From positions 310,001-374,000 of the forward strand of contig NW_026250414.1 of the NCBI RefSeq assembly GCF_024521635.1: DNA of 64,000 nt. The letters are read 5' to 3'. Under the pieces are notes generated by a model. That model had not been told where the DNA came from and did no database searches. It saw only the letters and a program-made list of their open reading frames with translations. The stretch comes from Tricharina praecox (taxonomy: Eukaryota). The translations under genes were made by a program, and so were the position numbers. Positions 38,193 through 50,829 of this stretch are shown piece by piece; the first letter of the stretch is position 1; every line of letters begins with the position of its first letter.

Positions 38193-39152
38193 TGCCAGTT
38201 CTTACCTGATCCGTATCTGTCAGTCAGCTGCCAGCAGTAAGGGGATGATTGCTTGCTTACTACTTGCACAGCTAATATCGGAGAGCCTAGTCTTGCGGTG
38301 GGATTCTCTCGCCATTATTGGTGGCTGAGCTGTGGTATGCTACCGGTATGCACGTTGCAAGATACACCGGTATCTAGCACAAGGGAAGCCAGACACCCAG
38401 AGCTGGATATTCCGGGCGATTATGTGCATGGTGCATGCGCGTGGCTGTGTGCAACATACATACTCGTCCTTTCTTTTGGTGAGGAGTCCGGCTTCTGGAG
38501 CACGCGCTGGATTCCGTTCGTTATTCCCCGGCCAAAACTACCCAGCTAGCCCCGCTGTCCTTCGTCCTCGTGAACCTCTATCTAGGCCTCCCACTCTCCC
38601 TTGCCTTAGCGAGCTTCCTCACCGAGTCCTCTCCTTCGTGAAGAGGCCTTTTGCTTATTAGTAAGGTGCGCCCTGCTGCCTCCGTCTCTGCCTCCTCCGC
38701 CTCCGCCTCGCTGTCTTCCGTTCATACCTGCTGTACCGTGTCTTGTCGTAGCCATACGCGCGTCTGTTGTCTTGCCTTCTTTCCCACTCCCCAAAAGCCG
38801 AAGACTGATTGGACACATCAAAGGGTTTCACCTTGTTACACTCATAACTCTGTCTGGCTCCCCCACTAAGCCCCGTACTCTAGCCCACCTCCCCCAGCGG
38901 ACGATCCGTTCTCATCTTACTTTCCTCCATATCAGACACAGAAGGCACACCCCTCAATTAACGCGCACACCCGCATACCACATACGTACTCACTCCCGAG
39001 CATCCTTCCCCAGCCAAGCACTCGATAGGTGGTAGCAAACTACCTAGCAGAGCCAGCGCCGAGGAACCACCGGCGCAGCAATCCCCCGTCACACTCGGGA
39101 GAAGGAAGGAATTAGAAAATAGAAAAGGCCGCCCTCTCAGACATATTCTATT

Positions 39153-42100
39153 ATGGCCGGAAGGGACCCCTACACCCGCTTGGACTTTGACCCTCCATCA
39201 CATCCCGACGTCGACAACCGCTACGACGACGACTCTCCCCCGCGCTCTCCAGGAGGTCATCACATCGCCGGAATGAATCCCCACCGCAATCCTCACGCTT
39301 ATGATCCCCCTCTCGATGGCGGTCTCCACTCGCACACCCCCTCGCCGCCTGGAGGCGGTTACCAGCTCGAAGACAACCCCGGTCCCTACCGTCCACAGCG
39401 ACAGAACACTGCTGGATACCCAGCGCAGCACACGCACATGCCCGAGTGGCCAGATCACCCGAGTAACGTTCTGGTTGCGCAACCTACTGTAAGTCAAGCG
39501 TCGGATGGTGAAACCTACAAGCGGGCTTCGGCTTTGTCTGTGTCGTGGTGGTCGAGTTCGGTGAACTGAGTTCAAGCGCGCAGTACTCGGTATCGAATCT
39601 TCCCCACAGCTACAATGAAGCCCCCCCGGCACCTCCGTCTCGAACCGATATGCGCACTCCCGGCGCCCCCGATCCATTTCAGCATGTTATGTATCCGGAG
39701 GATCACAGGGATGCCTACAATACCGAGCCGTACCAGCCACACGTCGCCGGTGTCGATGCCTACGGAAACCCCTTCGACAACTCCCACACGTATGACGGTC
39801 CCTACGACGATGATAACCGTCCGATCCTACAAACCCCGGAAACAGTACCGACGCCTCTTTCGGCGGATCCGGACTCATACTTTCCCAACCCAGCCGTGTC
39901 TCCGGTGCCACAGAGCGGCACGCCAGGGCCGGGTCTTCGGAGATGGAAGACGGTGAAGAAGGTAGCCTTGTTTAAGGGTAACTTGGTATTGGACTGTCCC
40001 GTACCTAAGAAGCTGTTGCAAATGCTGCCGATGAAGACGGAGCGCGAGTTCACGCACATGAGATACTCAGCGGCGACTTGCGATCCCTCGGAATTCGTCA
40101 AGGAACGGTTTACTCTGCGCCAAAAGCTGTTCCAGCAGCCACGTGTTACTGAGCTCTTCATCGTCGTGACAATGTACAACGAGGATGAAATTCTGTTTGC
40201 GCGCACTATGGCTGGTGTGTTCAAGAATATCGCCTATCTGTGCTCCAGAAACAAGTCGAAGACCTGGGGCGCAGAGGCGTGGAAGAAGGTGGTGGTCTGC
40301 GTAGTGAGCGACGGTCGCGGAAAGATCAATCCCAGAACCAGAAGTGTTCTCGCAGGTATGGGATGCTACCAGGAAGGAATCGCGAAGACGAAAGTCAACG
40401 AAAAGGACGTAACTGCGCACATCTATGAGGTTCGCAGGAAAAGCTTGTCACCGCGTTTCGGGGGTGCACCATTGGGCTGACGAGTATTATAATAGTATAC
40501 CACTCAAGTAGGAATCGAACTTGACAAAAACGACATTGTCCAGCTCAATCCGGGAGGGAAGAAAACGACACCTGTGCAGATACTGTTCTGCCTCAAGGAA
40601 AACAACCAGAAAAAGATCAACTCCCACCGGTGGTTCTTCCAGGCGTTTGGGCCGGTATTGGAGCCAAATGTCTGTGTCTTGATTGACGCCGGAACCAAGC
40701 CCGGTGGAACAAGTATTTACCACTTGTGGAAGGCCTTCGAGGTGAATCCACAGTGTGCTGGAGCTTGTGGTGAGATCAAGACGATGTTGGGACCTGGAGG
40801 AAAACTATTGCTTAATCCGTTGGTTGCTACACAAAACTTTGAGTACAAGGTCGGTAATTGTGCAAATGTGCTCCCTGGGATGAGCAGCTGACCCGATTCT
40901 TCTAGATGTCAAATATCCTGGATAAACCACTCGAGAGTGTGTTTGGATTCATCAGCGTGCTTCCCGGAGCTTTCTCGGCGTACAGGTATGTCGCTTTGCA
41001 GAACGACATGAGTGGCGAGGGTCCTCTGGAGAAGTACTTCAAGGGTGAAAAGATGCACGGAGCAGACGCCGGAATCTTCACTGCGAACATGTACCTCGCA
41101 GAAGATCGTATTCTGTGCTTCGAGCTCGTCACCAAACGGAAGAGTCACTGGGTCCTGCAATACGTCAAATCGTCCTACGCCGAGACGGATGTTCCCGACG
41201 AAATCTCGGAGTTGATCTTGCAGCGACGACGATGGCTGAACGGATCCTTCTTTGCCGCGGTTTACGCTCTGGTCCATGTCTTTGACCTCTGGAGAAGCGA
41301 CCATTCGCTCATGCGGAAATTCATGTTCCACATAGAGTTCTTGTATCAGACGATTTCCATGCTGTTTTCTTGGTTTGCTATTGTAAGTCCTCCTGCGGGA
41401 TGGTTTGGCGGTAGTTACTGACATCCGAACAGGGTAATTTCTTCCTTGTTTTCAGAATCTTGACGGCCAGTTTGGGGGACGAACAACTTGGATTCCCACC
41501 CGGACGCGTTCTCAGTGTGGTGTTCGAATGGATCTACCTCGGTGTTTTAGTCACATGTTTCATCATGTCGCTGGGAAATACGCCGGGTGGATCTCGAAAG
41601 TTGTACATGTCGATCGTGGTTTTCTGGGCGATAATCATGCTGTAAGTTTCAGTTGTCCGCCCCCCGGAGGAATCCGACTGATCAGCTAGGTACCTTCTCT
41701 TCGCCGCCATATTCATCTCCGTCCGGTCGATCCAGAGAGAGCTAGATACAACTGGCTCGTTGACTATCGGAGGAATCTTCAGTAATCAACTCTTCCGAGA
41801 TCTGATCGTATCGTTGTGTTCGACTTACCTGCTCTATTTCATCGCATCGTTCATGTTTTTCGAGCCATGGCACATGTTCACGTCCTTCGTGCAATACTTG
41901 CTGCTGTCGCCCTCCTACATCAACGTCCTGAACGTCTACGCATTCTGCAACGTCCACGACATTTCCTGGGGAACCAAAGGCCCCGACGTGCCACCTCCGA
42001 TCGTTGGCGGAACCGTCAAGACCTCGGACGGACAGGCATCAGTCAGCGTTCCCGGCGACGACAAGGACCTCGACGAGCAATACGAGGCGGAAATGAACGT

Positions 42101-42465
42101 GCTCTCCAAAAAGGCGGTCGCGGAAGTCCGGAAAGTCGACGAGACGCAGAGCCAGAAGGATTACTATGCCGGTGTGAGATCTGGTGTCGTGCTCGCGTGG
42201 ATGTTTACGAATTTTGCGCTTGCCGCCGCGATTCTGAACTCGGCGGGTCTGGATCGGCTGGTTAGTGGTGATGATGACAGTGTCGAGAGTGCGAGGAGTA
42301 AGCTCTATCTGGCTATCATCCTCTGGACAGTCGCGGCGCTCTCGGCATTTAGGTTCTTGGGGTGCACGTGGTTTTTGGTGTTGAGAATGGTGAGTTGCCT
42401 CCTTCTTCCCCATCTTCCTCCTATTGTGACATACACTGACGAGTGCGTAGTTCCGTGGCGTTTAA
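39153..42465 (+). CDS. Chitin synthase, division 1 (probably class I)
   Basis: [63 protein letters not shown] and a TM C-terminus ending RM|FRGV*. About seven exons. Confidence 0.95.
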
Positions 42466-42773
42466 TACCTGATCTACGTTTGTTTTCATTTTCCTTTTCC
42501 TTTTCCTTGATACCGGCTCTTCAAAGTACATTCTTGCGTATTTATCCGCCTCATTGTACATGATACCTACATCTTAGTTGGCTTTTAACTACCTGTGCGA
42601 GTGATGAATAATGATTTACGGTTTTATTGGGTAACGGTGGTGATTGTGGTGATGGGGTAGATGGGGTGGATGGGGAGTTTTTGGGGAGGGGGTTAGGGAT
42701 TTAACTAGAGCTAGAGGGAATCGATAGATACTATACGATGTGATAACTCATGGCCTTCCTCGTATCATACATT

Positions 42774-44494
42774 TTACTTAGTCCTCATCTTCATCTTCCT
42801 CGCCGCCGCGCCATCTACGGGCTCCGACTCCACCACCTTCCCATCCACCACTCTAACCGCGACCCACATCCCCAGCGCGGCGACAATACTCGCCCCCAAA
42901 ATGCCTATCATCGCCAAATTACTCCCTCTATACCGCAACCTCCCCTCCCGCGCCGCATCCTCGGCCCACCCCGTGTACAACGCATACGTAGTCGTCACAC
43001 TGCCCAGGTTGCCCAGACCACTGACCAGCGCCGTTGCCGCCGCAACCCCAATCTCACCATGGCGCGGCTGAAATATCTCCGCAGTCCAGGTCATACATAC
43101 CGGCACGGTGGGCCCAAGTCCGAAGCCCACGATCAGCAGACCCGAGTACCTCGCCCAACCGTTGCCAGCGTACGTAACGACCAGCAGCCCCGCGATCTGC
43201 AGCATCGCCGGCAGAATAAAGAACACCGGGCGGGCGCGGGCATATCGGTCGCTAATCGGCGTCACGATCAGGATCGCAATCAAGTCGCAGATCCAGATCG
43301 GCGCGAATAGCAGGCTGAGCTGCACACTGCTCAGGGCGGGCAGCAGGCTGCGGATGATGAGTGTTGCGAATACTTGCACGCCGATGCCGACGCCCACTAC
43401 TCCGAAGTACATCACTGTCAACGGGTATAGCCGCCAGTCACACAGGATCCGGATGAGGTCCCGGAGCGTCCAGGCCGGCGTGTGGTACACCCGTGTTAGG
43501 TCCGCGTAGTGGATACGGGAGTCTTCGCCTGTGAGAGCGGGGGGTGAGCGCGGGAGGAGGAGGCGCCAGCCTGTGCGCGGCGCGGGTGGCGGGTCGCAGG
43601 GCGCGATGGGCCGGTCCGGGAGCCACCATAGCAGCAGCACGCCGTCGACGACGGCGACGAGACCGTAGATCAGGAACATCCACTGGAAGCCCGCTAGGCC
43701 GCCCACGCCGTCCATCTGCTGGAAGCCGGCGGAGACGAGACCGACCACCGCCGCGGAAACTTGCGCCGCTGTGAAGTACTGCCCGATGCGCTTGCCGGTG
43801 TTTTCGGGCGGGTAGAAGATCGTTAGGTAGTAGGCCATCCCTGGCCACATGCCGGCTATCACGACGCCCAGGAGAAGCCGGATCAGACTGCGTGTGCACA
43901 TACATCAGCCCTGCCCCTCATACCCCCTCTCCCTCCCTCTCACACCGAGCCCACCGAGAGCAACATACTAAAAGTTCCACGCCCCCGTCAACGCCGCATG
44001 GCAAGCGCCAATAATCCCGACGCCGACAACAATCCTGCTCATCCAGACATGAGGGCTGACCCTGGTCATGACGAGGTTCGCGGGGGCGTCGAAGATGACA
44101 TAGCAGACGTAGAATAGTGCAACGCCCGTGCTGATCTGCTTATTGGTGAGCTGCAGCTTCTGCGCGAGCGAGTTCCCCGAGGATGTGTTCATCGTCAGCG
44201 ACAGCCCCACGTTGGACCGTATCGCGGCGCAGAGGAAGTACAGCACCCATAAAGCGGGGATTATGCGCCGGTCGAGTTTACTGTGGTGGAGAGATTAGCA
44301 CTTGCGAAACGGGGGGGATGCAGAGGAGGGGAGGGGAGGGGGGGGGGGTGGCCGTACCGGTATACACGGGCTACATTTGCGTCGAGCATTGCGTCGCCGG
44401 CCTCACCGTCACGCTCCACATCTACCGACGGCCCCGTTCCCGTTCCCGTGCCCGTGCCCGTACCCGTATCGTCGTCCTTCATCGCCGTCTTCAT
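42774..44494 (-). CDS. MFS transporter, anion:cation symporter (allantoate/nicotinate permease-like) family
   Basis: FYVCYVIFDAPAN, WMSRIVV, RLLLGVVIAGMWPGMAYYLTIFY, GLAGFQWMFLIYG, WWLPDRP. Three exons. Confidence 0.88.
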
Positions 44495-45226
44495 GGTTGC
44501 TGCGACCTCATGGCGAATCTACAGGGCGCCCCGGTAGCTCTTTATACCCAGATAGTAAAGTAAGCTTTTTCGCTATTTTACCCCTCCCGAGTCCCTCCCC
44601 CCACTATGACCACCACCATCCCATTTCCCTATCTATCTTTCGCTTCCTCCGTCTATCTAGAGTAAGCTGCAACCACGGGTAGTTAGTTAGCTGCATGCAG
44701 CGAAGAGGGAAAGAAAGAAAACATGTCGGAGAAACACCGTGGGGACTGTCTCAGGGACGGGGATCCGGGTAGACTAGAGGCCTTCTGGAATAGCAGATCA
44801 TACGGCGAGGAGGAGCAAGTTCATCATCATGCAGCACGGTAGATTCAAGAACCATACTTAACAAATACATTTCCTAAGGAGCGACTGTTCTGTGGAAGAC
44901 AGACGGTACGAAAGGACAAGAAGCAGCAGCAGACAATCAAAAGCAATACGTTTTCCCTTTCCATCCCTTCAGTGTCCAATTTCCCTTCCCCCCATTTTCC
45001 ACTGCCATGAAGCCCCCGAGAAATCTCCACAAGAAGAAAAAAAGCGTGAGAACGGACAAACGAAGTACACAAAAGCAAACAGTACGGGCCAACCAGTCAG
45101 TAAAAGAACATGAAAATACCAAAATAATGAAATGAGAAAAACACCCAATGCTCCACCGTTTCCAACCATCCCAATTCCAAGCAAGAGAACAATTTACCCA
45201 ACCGAGCAATAAAAGGTCCGGTCCGT

Positions 45227-47969
45227 CTACACATGGCGCTCGCAGTCCTCAAACTCCTCGTCGGAAGCGCAGAGGACGTCGTACTCCTCGTCGGTCATGA
45301 AGTCCTCGCTGCCCTCGATCGAACTGATATCGACCTCCTCCTCGATATCGCCGTTCTCGCTGAGCGCGAAAGTCTTGTGAGACGAATTGCTAACGGGACT
45401 AGCAGGCATGGGGATCTCCTCAGCCTGGTCGGTGCTGGCACGCGACGGGAGGGACTCCAGCGAGTGAACCGGGCTCTCAACCTCGAGCTTGGGGAAGACC
45501 ATCTCGGAGGATGCCTGGGACCTAACCATGATCTCGGCAATACTCTCGAAGTCGTTCTTCTCCTCCCTAACACTCTCAGTCTTGACGCTGTTGGCGTCGA
45601 CCACGCTCTCGGAGCTGTAAGTCTCCGACTGCCTGTCCTCCTCGTGTTCCGGCGCCACTTCCGAGGGGGCCTCTTGAGACTCCACAACGTTGATGCTGCA
45701 CCAAATGTTGTCGCCGAAGCGTCTACCATCTGGAGCCGTCAAACGCCAGTAGGAGATGAAGGCCTTGTTGGGAGGCCAGGTAGCAGAAAGTCCGACCGAG
45801 AAGCTAGCAGTCTCGCCAGGCTTAATCTCACAATCGGTAACCGTAGCGTCCAGAGAATACGTGTCCGACTTGAGGAACATGTAGTCACCACCGACAAACT
45901 TGACCGTCACACCAGCGGGCCAAGAAGTGGTGCCAGTGTTCTCCATATACCACGTTTGGGTGAACTCCTGTCCGACGGGCAGGCTGGTGCCATCGGCAAT
46001 GCTGTCACCGCTGAAGGTAGCGGACAACGGCTCCAAGACGTTCACCTTAACGGGCTCTGCCTGAACCTGAACCTCCTCGACAACCTCAACAACCTCCTCG
46101 ACGACCTTCTCGACGGCCTCAACGACCTCCTCAACAACCTCCTCAACCGCCTTGACAGCGCTCTCGACAGGAGGGGTAAACTCCTCAGTAGGCTTGACGT
46201 CCGCGATAGTGTGAACCTCACTTGCAGTGTTGCCGCTGGACTCGCGCTTAACTTCGGGTTCCGGGAAGTCACCCATCACGGTATTGGTGTTATCAGTAGT
46301 TGTGACGTGAACATTGCGGATCGGAGTCCTGAACTTAATCAGAGGATGGCTGGAGTTGTGGCGGTTCAAAGGCGAAGCTTCACAAGTGCCACAGAAGTCT
46401 GTATCTGGGCAGATGGCACACTTGTATCTAGGACCTCGAATGCATCCGTTTCCGTACTGTGCACAGACCGGGCCATCGCAATAAACTCCGTTGTGCCTCA
46501 CACCGGAAAGGTGGAAACCAAGCGGTGCAACGGTCAGGCTGTCGAGAACCTGGACGAAGCGGTGTCCAGGATGGTGTTCGCTGGCGACCCAGATACACTC
46601 GTGGCAGTAATCCCAGTCGGGGCAGTCGATGCACTTGTGGCGAATGCCGGTGATTGCCTGGTCACAGCGGTCGCAAAGAGCTGCATGTCCAACGCCGCGA
46701 CCCGCCGTAAGAAGTACCCTCGTCTTCCTTAGACAAAGTCACGGTCGTCTTAGCACGGACGAAACCATGTCGAGGGTCGTGGCCGTGCTCTCCAGCGCGC
46801 AGGCAAGAGAGGCATAGATCATAGTCCTTGCAATCCAAACAGACAACGCACTGCTCGTCTCCGAACCCTATATCAAGCCCGTCAGTGATTGTATGGTATC
46901 GAAGCCGAAATCAAGGGCAACTTACGGCCAACGCAGGAATTACAGATGCGAGTCTTGCACATGCTCTTGCTGTTTCTCTCCTGGACGACAGGTCGTCCAC
47001 CGACGATATCTCGCTTAGTCAACGAGTGCTCGCTGTCGTAGCAGTGGCTACTCCGGTCAACGCACTTCTCGCAGAGATCGTAATCACCTCCATCGCACAA
47101 ATCACAATGGTAGTGCGATCCGTCGATAGTGCCGTTGCACACGTTACAGTAGATGGCGAAGTTACAGTTGATATGGGTCTGGTGAAGGGACTGGATCAAC
47201 TTTTCGACATCAGGCTGAGTGCCCAACGATTCCGAGCTCCTAGACAGGTTGATGAGGTCGGCTGTTTCCGGCTGTTGCTTCTCGACCTTTTCGACCTTCT
47301 CGACCTTCCCGACCTCCTCGCGAACAGTGTCACGCAGTTGGCTCGTGAAATCGCTGCTCGTGCAGTACGAAGAAACGGCCTTGGCGACAACGTCGTCGAG
47401 TTGCGCGGAGTCAACGGTCGGAGTAGCGATCGGAGGGGAAAGCGTCGACTGGGAAGAAGAAGCGTTGACGTTGGTGGTCGAATACAATGGTGGAAGAGAG
47501 ACACGGTCGGCCAGATCTTGGGCTTCTGTAGGAGCTACGCGAGCTTGTGAGCATGCACCAAACAAGATGAGCTGAGAGTCTGCTTACCGTTGTCCTCGGT
47601 AATCGTCGTCACCCTGATGCGAAGCTTCAGTTTAGCCTTGGCAGCTCTGAAGAGCTGCTTGTAGACACCGGTGTTCTCGGGGTCGAGCGTGACAAAGCTC
47701 GCAGCACTGTCAGAATATCGCTCAAACTTGACGTTCTGTGTGGGCGGCAAGGCGAGTAGTTCTCTTATCTGAGGAAAGAGTCAGCACAAACGGTCGACTG
47801 ATAACTCTAACGCTCCAGCTGAAAGCACGAAGATGTGAGACGCTACCTTTCCCTGGAAAACGCTGGGCCCGACTTCCTTCAACGCAAGCTTGAAGCGACG
47901 GATGTTCTTGTCGTGAGCGACCTTCACGGTAATGAGCGTCTCTGGCGACGCGGAACTAGGAGACGCCAT
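45227..47969 (-). CDS. NBR1: NBR1-like selective autophagy receptor (PB1, ZZ zinc fingers, FW domain)
   Basis: PB1-like ITVKVAHDKNIRRFKL. ZZ fingers CNVC..YHCDLC..YDLCEKC, CDRC..HKCIDCPDWDYC and CDGP..YKCAICPDTDFC. FW domain FTQTWYMENTG..WP..SYWRL..FGDNIWC. Acidic tail with AIM-like DEEYDVL. Confidence 0.85.
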
Positions 47970-50180
47970 GTTGTCGATGAGGTATGCGGGTTCGAGGTGA
48001 GCTATTTAAGTAGGTACGAGAACCACTACCAGCGTATTGACCGCGAATAATTTAGTGGGACGAGACTAGCTGTCCAGATTCCAAAGGGTTAATATCAGGT
48101 GGTGATGGTATGTGGTGGCGATGTATGGAGTTATGGAGTTACGCGAAGGTAGAGTGTGACACGGAGTGGGAGGGGAAGAGGGTTGTGTTGTTGAAGAGAG
48201 GAGGAGGAGGAAGAGGAGGAGGAGGAAGTGGAAGGATAGGTGAGGGAGAGAGAGGAAGAGGAGGGCTGGATGATTGCCTGCTTAGAACGGCGGGTGTGGG
48301 GGAGTTAATTGTATGTACTGTTTGGGGGGGGGGGTGGGTGGTCTGGTGTGCGATCGAAGCTCTCTGTGTCCAATGATAGCCACGCCAGCCAATCACGAGG
48401 AATACCACTTGCCAAGACCGGCATTTTGCCTTCAATTGTATGACGACGCCGTTGGATAATTATTACTCCGATTTCTCCTCGAAGCGATGGGAGAAAGCCA
48501 CCGACTGAGACCGGCGTTGGGATGGCCGACGACACTGCTACCTATGCGGTCCCGCACATGTGGTTACTACTCTGATCTCACCCGGTGGTCATTCCCCTCA
48601 CCTCATTGCATGTTTCAAGCAGCATTCCACTGTCCAGTCCACGGCTGTTGCGGTCCCGGTACGGTACTTTCTTATTTACCTACATACCAGGCGAACGACT
48701 GCTCACTCCAAAGCAGGGCTGTCCGTATCCAGGCAGCAACCACGCAATGGTGGCCACCATCACCTCCACCACCTCCACCACGACGCTGTGGAACGAGGCG
48801 AGTCCAATCCTAGATACTCTAGATCAATCCACTCCAATCCATTGTGATGAATATACGGTATGTACCATACCTAGACCACCGCCCTGCGAACACCAACCTG
48901 ATCTCCGCTGTCCACAACTCTCGTCCGTATCGAGTATCATAGGTCCTCGTAACTCGCGCCGGCTGGCCCACAGACCGACAACAAACCCTACCTGACTACC
49001 CGCATAGCAGCATACATTATGTACCTACGTGTTTTTGAGTCATGCGCGGGTCACCACATGAATGCCGCCGCCGCCCACTCCGTCCGTCCCCTTGTATGTA
49101 TCTCAGTAGTATTTACTCGTATGTATGTAGCTATGATCCTAAGCGCGGCTCCCTCTCCCTCTCCATCCACTTCCCCTTCCCGTTTAAGAATATCCGGGGC
49201 TGACGGCTGATCAATCAAAACTCTGAAACCCACCACCCGCATTCTTTTACTCCACTATGTATGCTCTGCGATACTCTACATATGTACAAGTACATAAGTA
49301 CCCAGAGTACCTCCATATCCCCGACCGACCGGACATGATTCCGGTTTCCAGAGTGTTTTGTTCTGCTTGCGGGCTCCCCCTCACATCATGTGTATAAACG
49401 CCGATCGCGCGAGTGATGCCGCATGCTTAATTGCGCACGCCCTCGGCTACAGCGGAAACCACTAGGTGTGGCGCACGCGTGGCAGTGGCGGTGGCGAGTG
49501 ACGAGTGCCGTTAGCCATGGATGTGCGCACATGTGAAGCTGATTTCGACTGGGTATATTTCTACGGGTGACGTCTCCCTTGCCTTCGGCCTTCGATGAGT
49601 TTCGGCACCACAGGGAGTCATCGTGAAGGTATCATAGAGTCATCAGCCGACGCGGGAAGAGTATGTGCACAAGGCCCTGCCTATCTAGGTCGTCCTACGA
49701 GATCTTTTTTCCACGGACGATGCACCTCCGCCCATGACTGGACCACTCTGTCTAGGTAGGCGAGACCTGGAAGCTGGGAGCTGGAGGAGGCTGAGTCCAA
49801 GTCACCAAGTCACCAAGTGGTCGACAAATGCGCAGGCTTGGGCAGTTGGCCGACGGTGGGGCGGGATATGCCCACTCTACAGTGGATGCAAGCGATGTAC
49901 CGGTATCTCGGGGACTTGTAGCATATACACCGAAGGCGGCATCCCCGTCTCCACTGTCACCACAGATCACAACGACTGATTGCAATGCACCCGCCGCCAA
50001 AGGGTCTCCTCCGAGGTAGGTAGAGTTCGTCCAGAGACACCGCCGCAGCGCGCAACCTCGCCCTCCATGTGTATGTACGAGTAGGTATAGTACCTCCAAT
50101 CCAGCCCGACAGTACTATATCGCCTTCTATTCCAATCGCAGCACGTATCATACACCCATCCCAATCCCCCTCTCCCCCGT

Positions 50181-50596
50181 TTACCAACTCGCCTTCTTCA
50201 CGCCCGGCAGATCGCCCGCCAGGGCATTCAATCTGAACTGGAACCTGCACATCCTAAAGTCGCGAAAGACACCTCTCCCCTTGCCGGCCATGATGCACCG
50301 GTTCTTGATCTGCGTTGGGCGGGTATGCGCGTGCATCGAGTTGAGTTCCAGCTGCGCCTTCAGCCGCTGCATCTGCGAGAGCTGCGTGTTGCGCGTGATG
50401 AACCTGCGGAGGATGGAGGGTTAGCTAGGTGGTGGTGCTGGTGGGGTGGAAGGTGAGGGGGCACTTACCGCAGCGCCTGGCGCCGTTCCTCCGCTGCTGC
50501 GAAGGCGACGCGCTTGCTGTGGTCTTTGAGGACGCGTGAATTGACCCAGCCGCCGATTGGGAGGACCTTTTTGAGGAGCGTGGCCGTCGGGAACAT
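50181..50596 (-). CDS. MRP2: Mitochondrial ribosomal protein uS14m
   Basis: MFPTATLL...LKDHSKRVAF...ALR|FITRN...IKNRCIMAGKGRGVFRDFRMCRFQFR...LPGVKKASW. One intron ~50404-50468. Confidence 0.92.
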
Positions 50597-50829
50597 TGTG
50601 GCGATGTTCGTTGTTGGTGGGGGTGTGGTGGGGGTGTATGATGGGTTGAGGTTGGTGGGAAATTTTGGGCTAGGATGGGTGCGCTAGGGTGAAGGTCAAC
50701 CAGAGCACGTGAGCACGCTTTTTAGGTGAAGACATTTACGCGATCGTGAGTGGTTTAGCTAGCTATCTATCGTACAAGTGTGGCGTCTTTATATGCCTTT
50801 TCTATCTATGGCGAGGAGATTCCTTTGCC

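Noticed and set aside
45233-46732. 499-aa antisense ORF over NBR1 (and similar shadow ORFs over FLC, PLD, eRF1 and the first gene)
   Set aside because: Explained by codon bias of the sense gene; no recognisable motifs.
49560-49650. Minus-strand CTGATGA...GAAA resembling a hammerhead ribozyme core
   Set aside because: Stem II closing pair and stems I/III cannot be formed.
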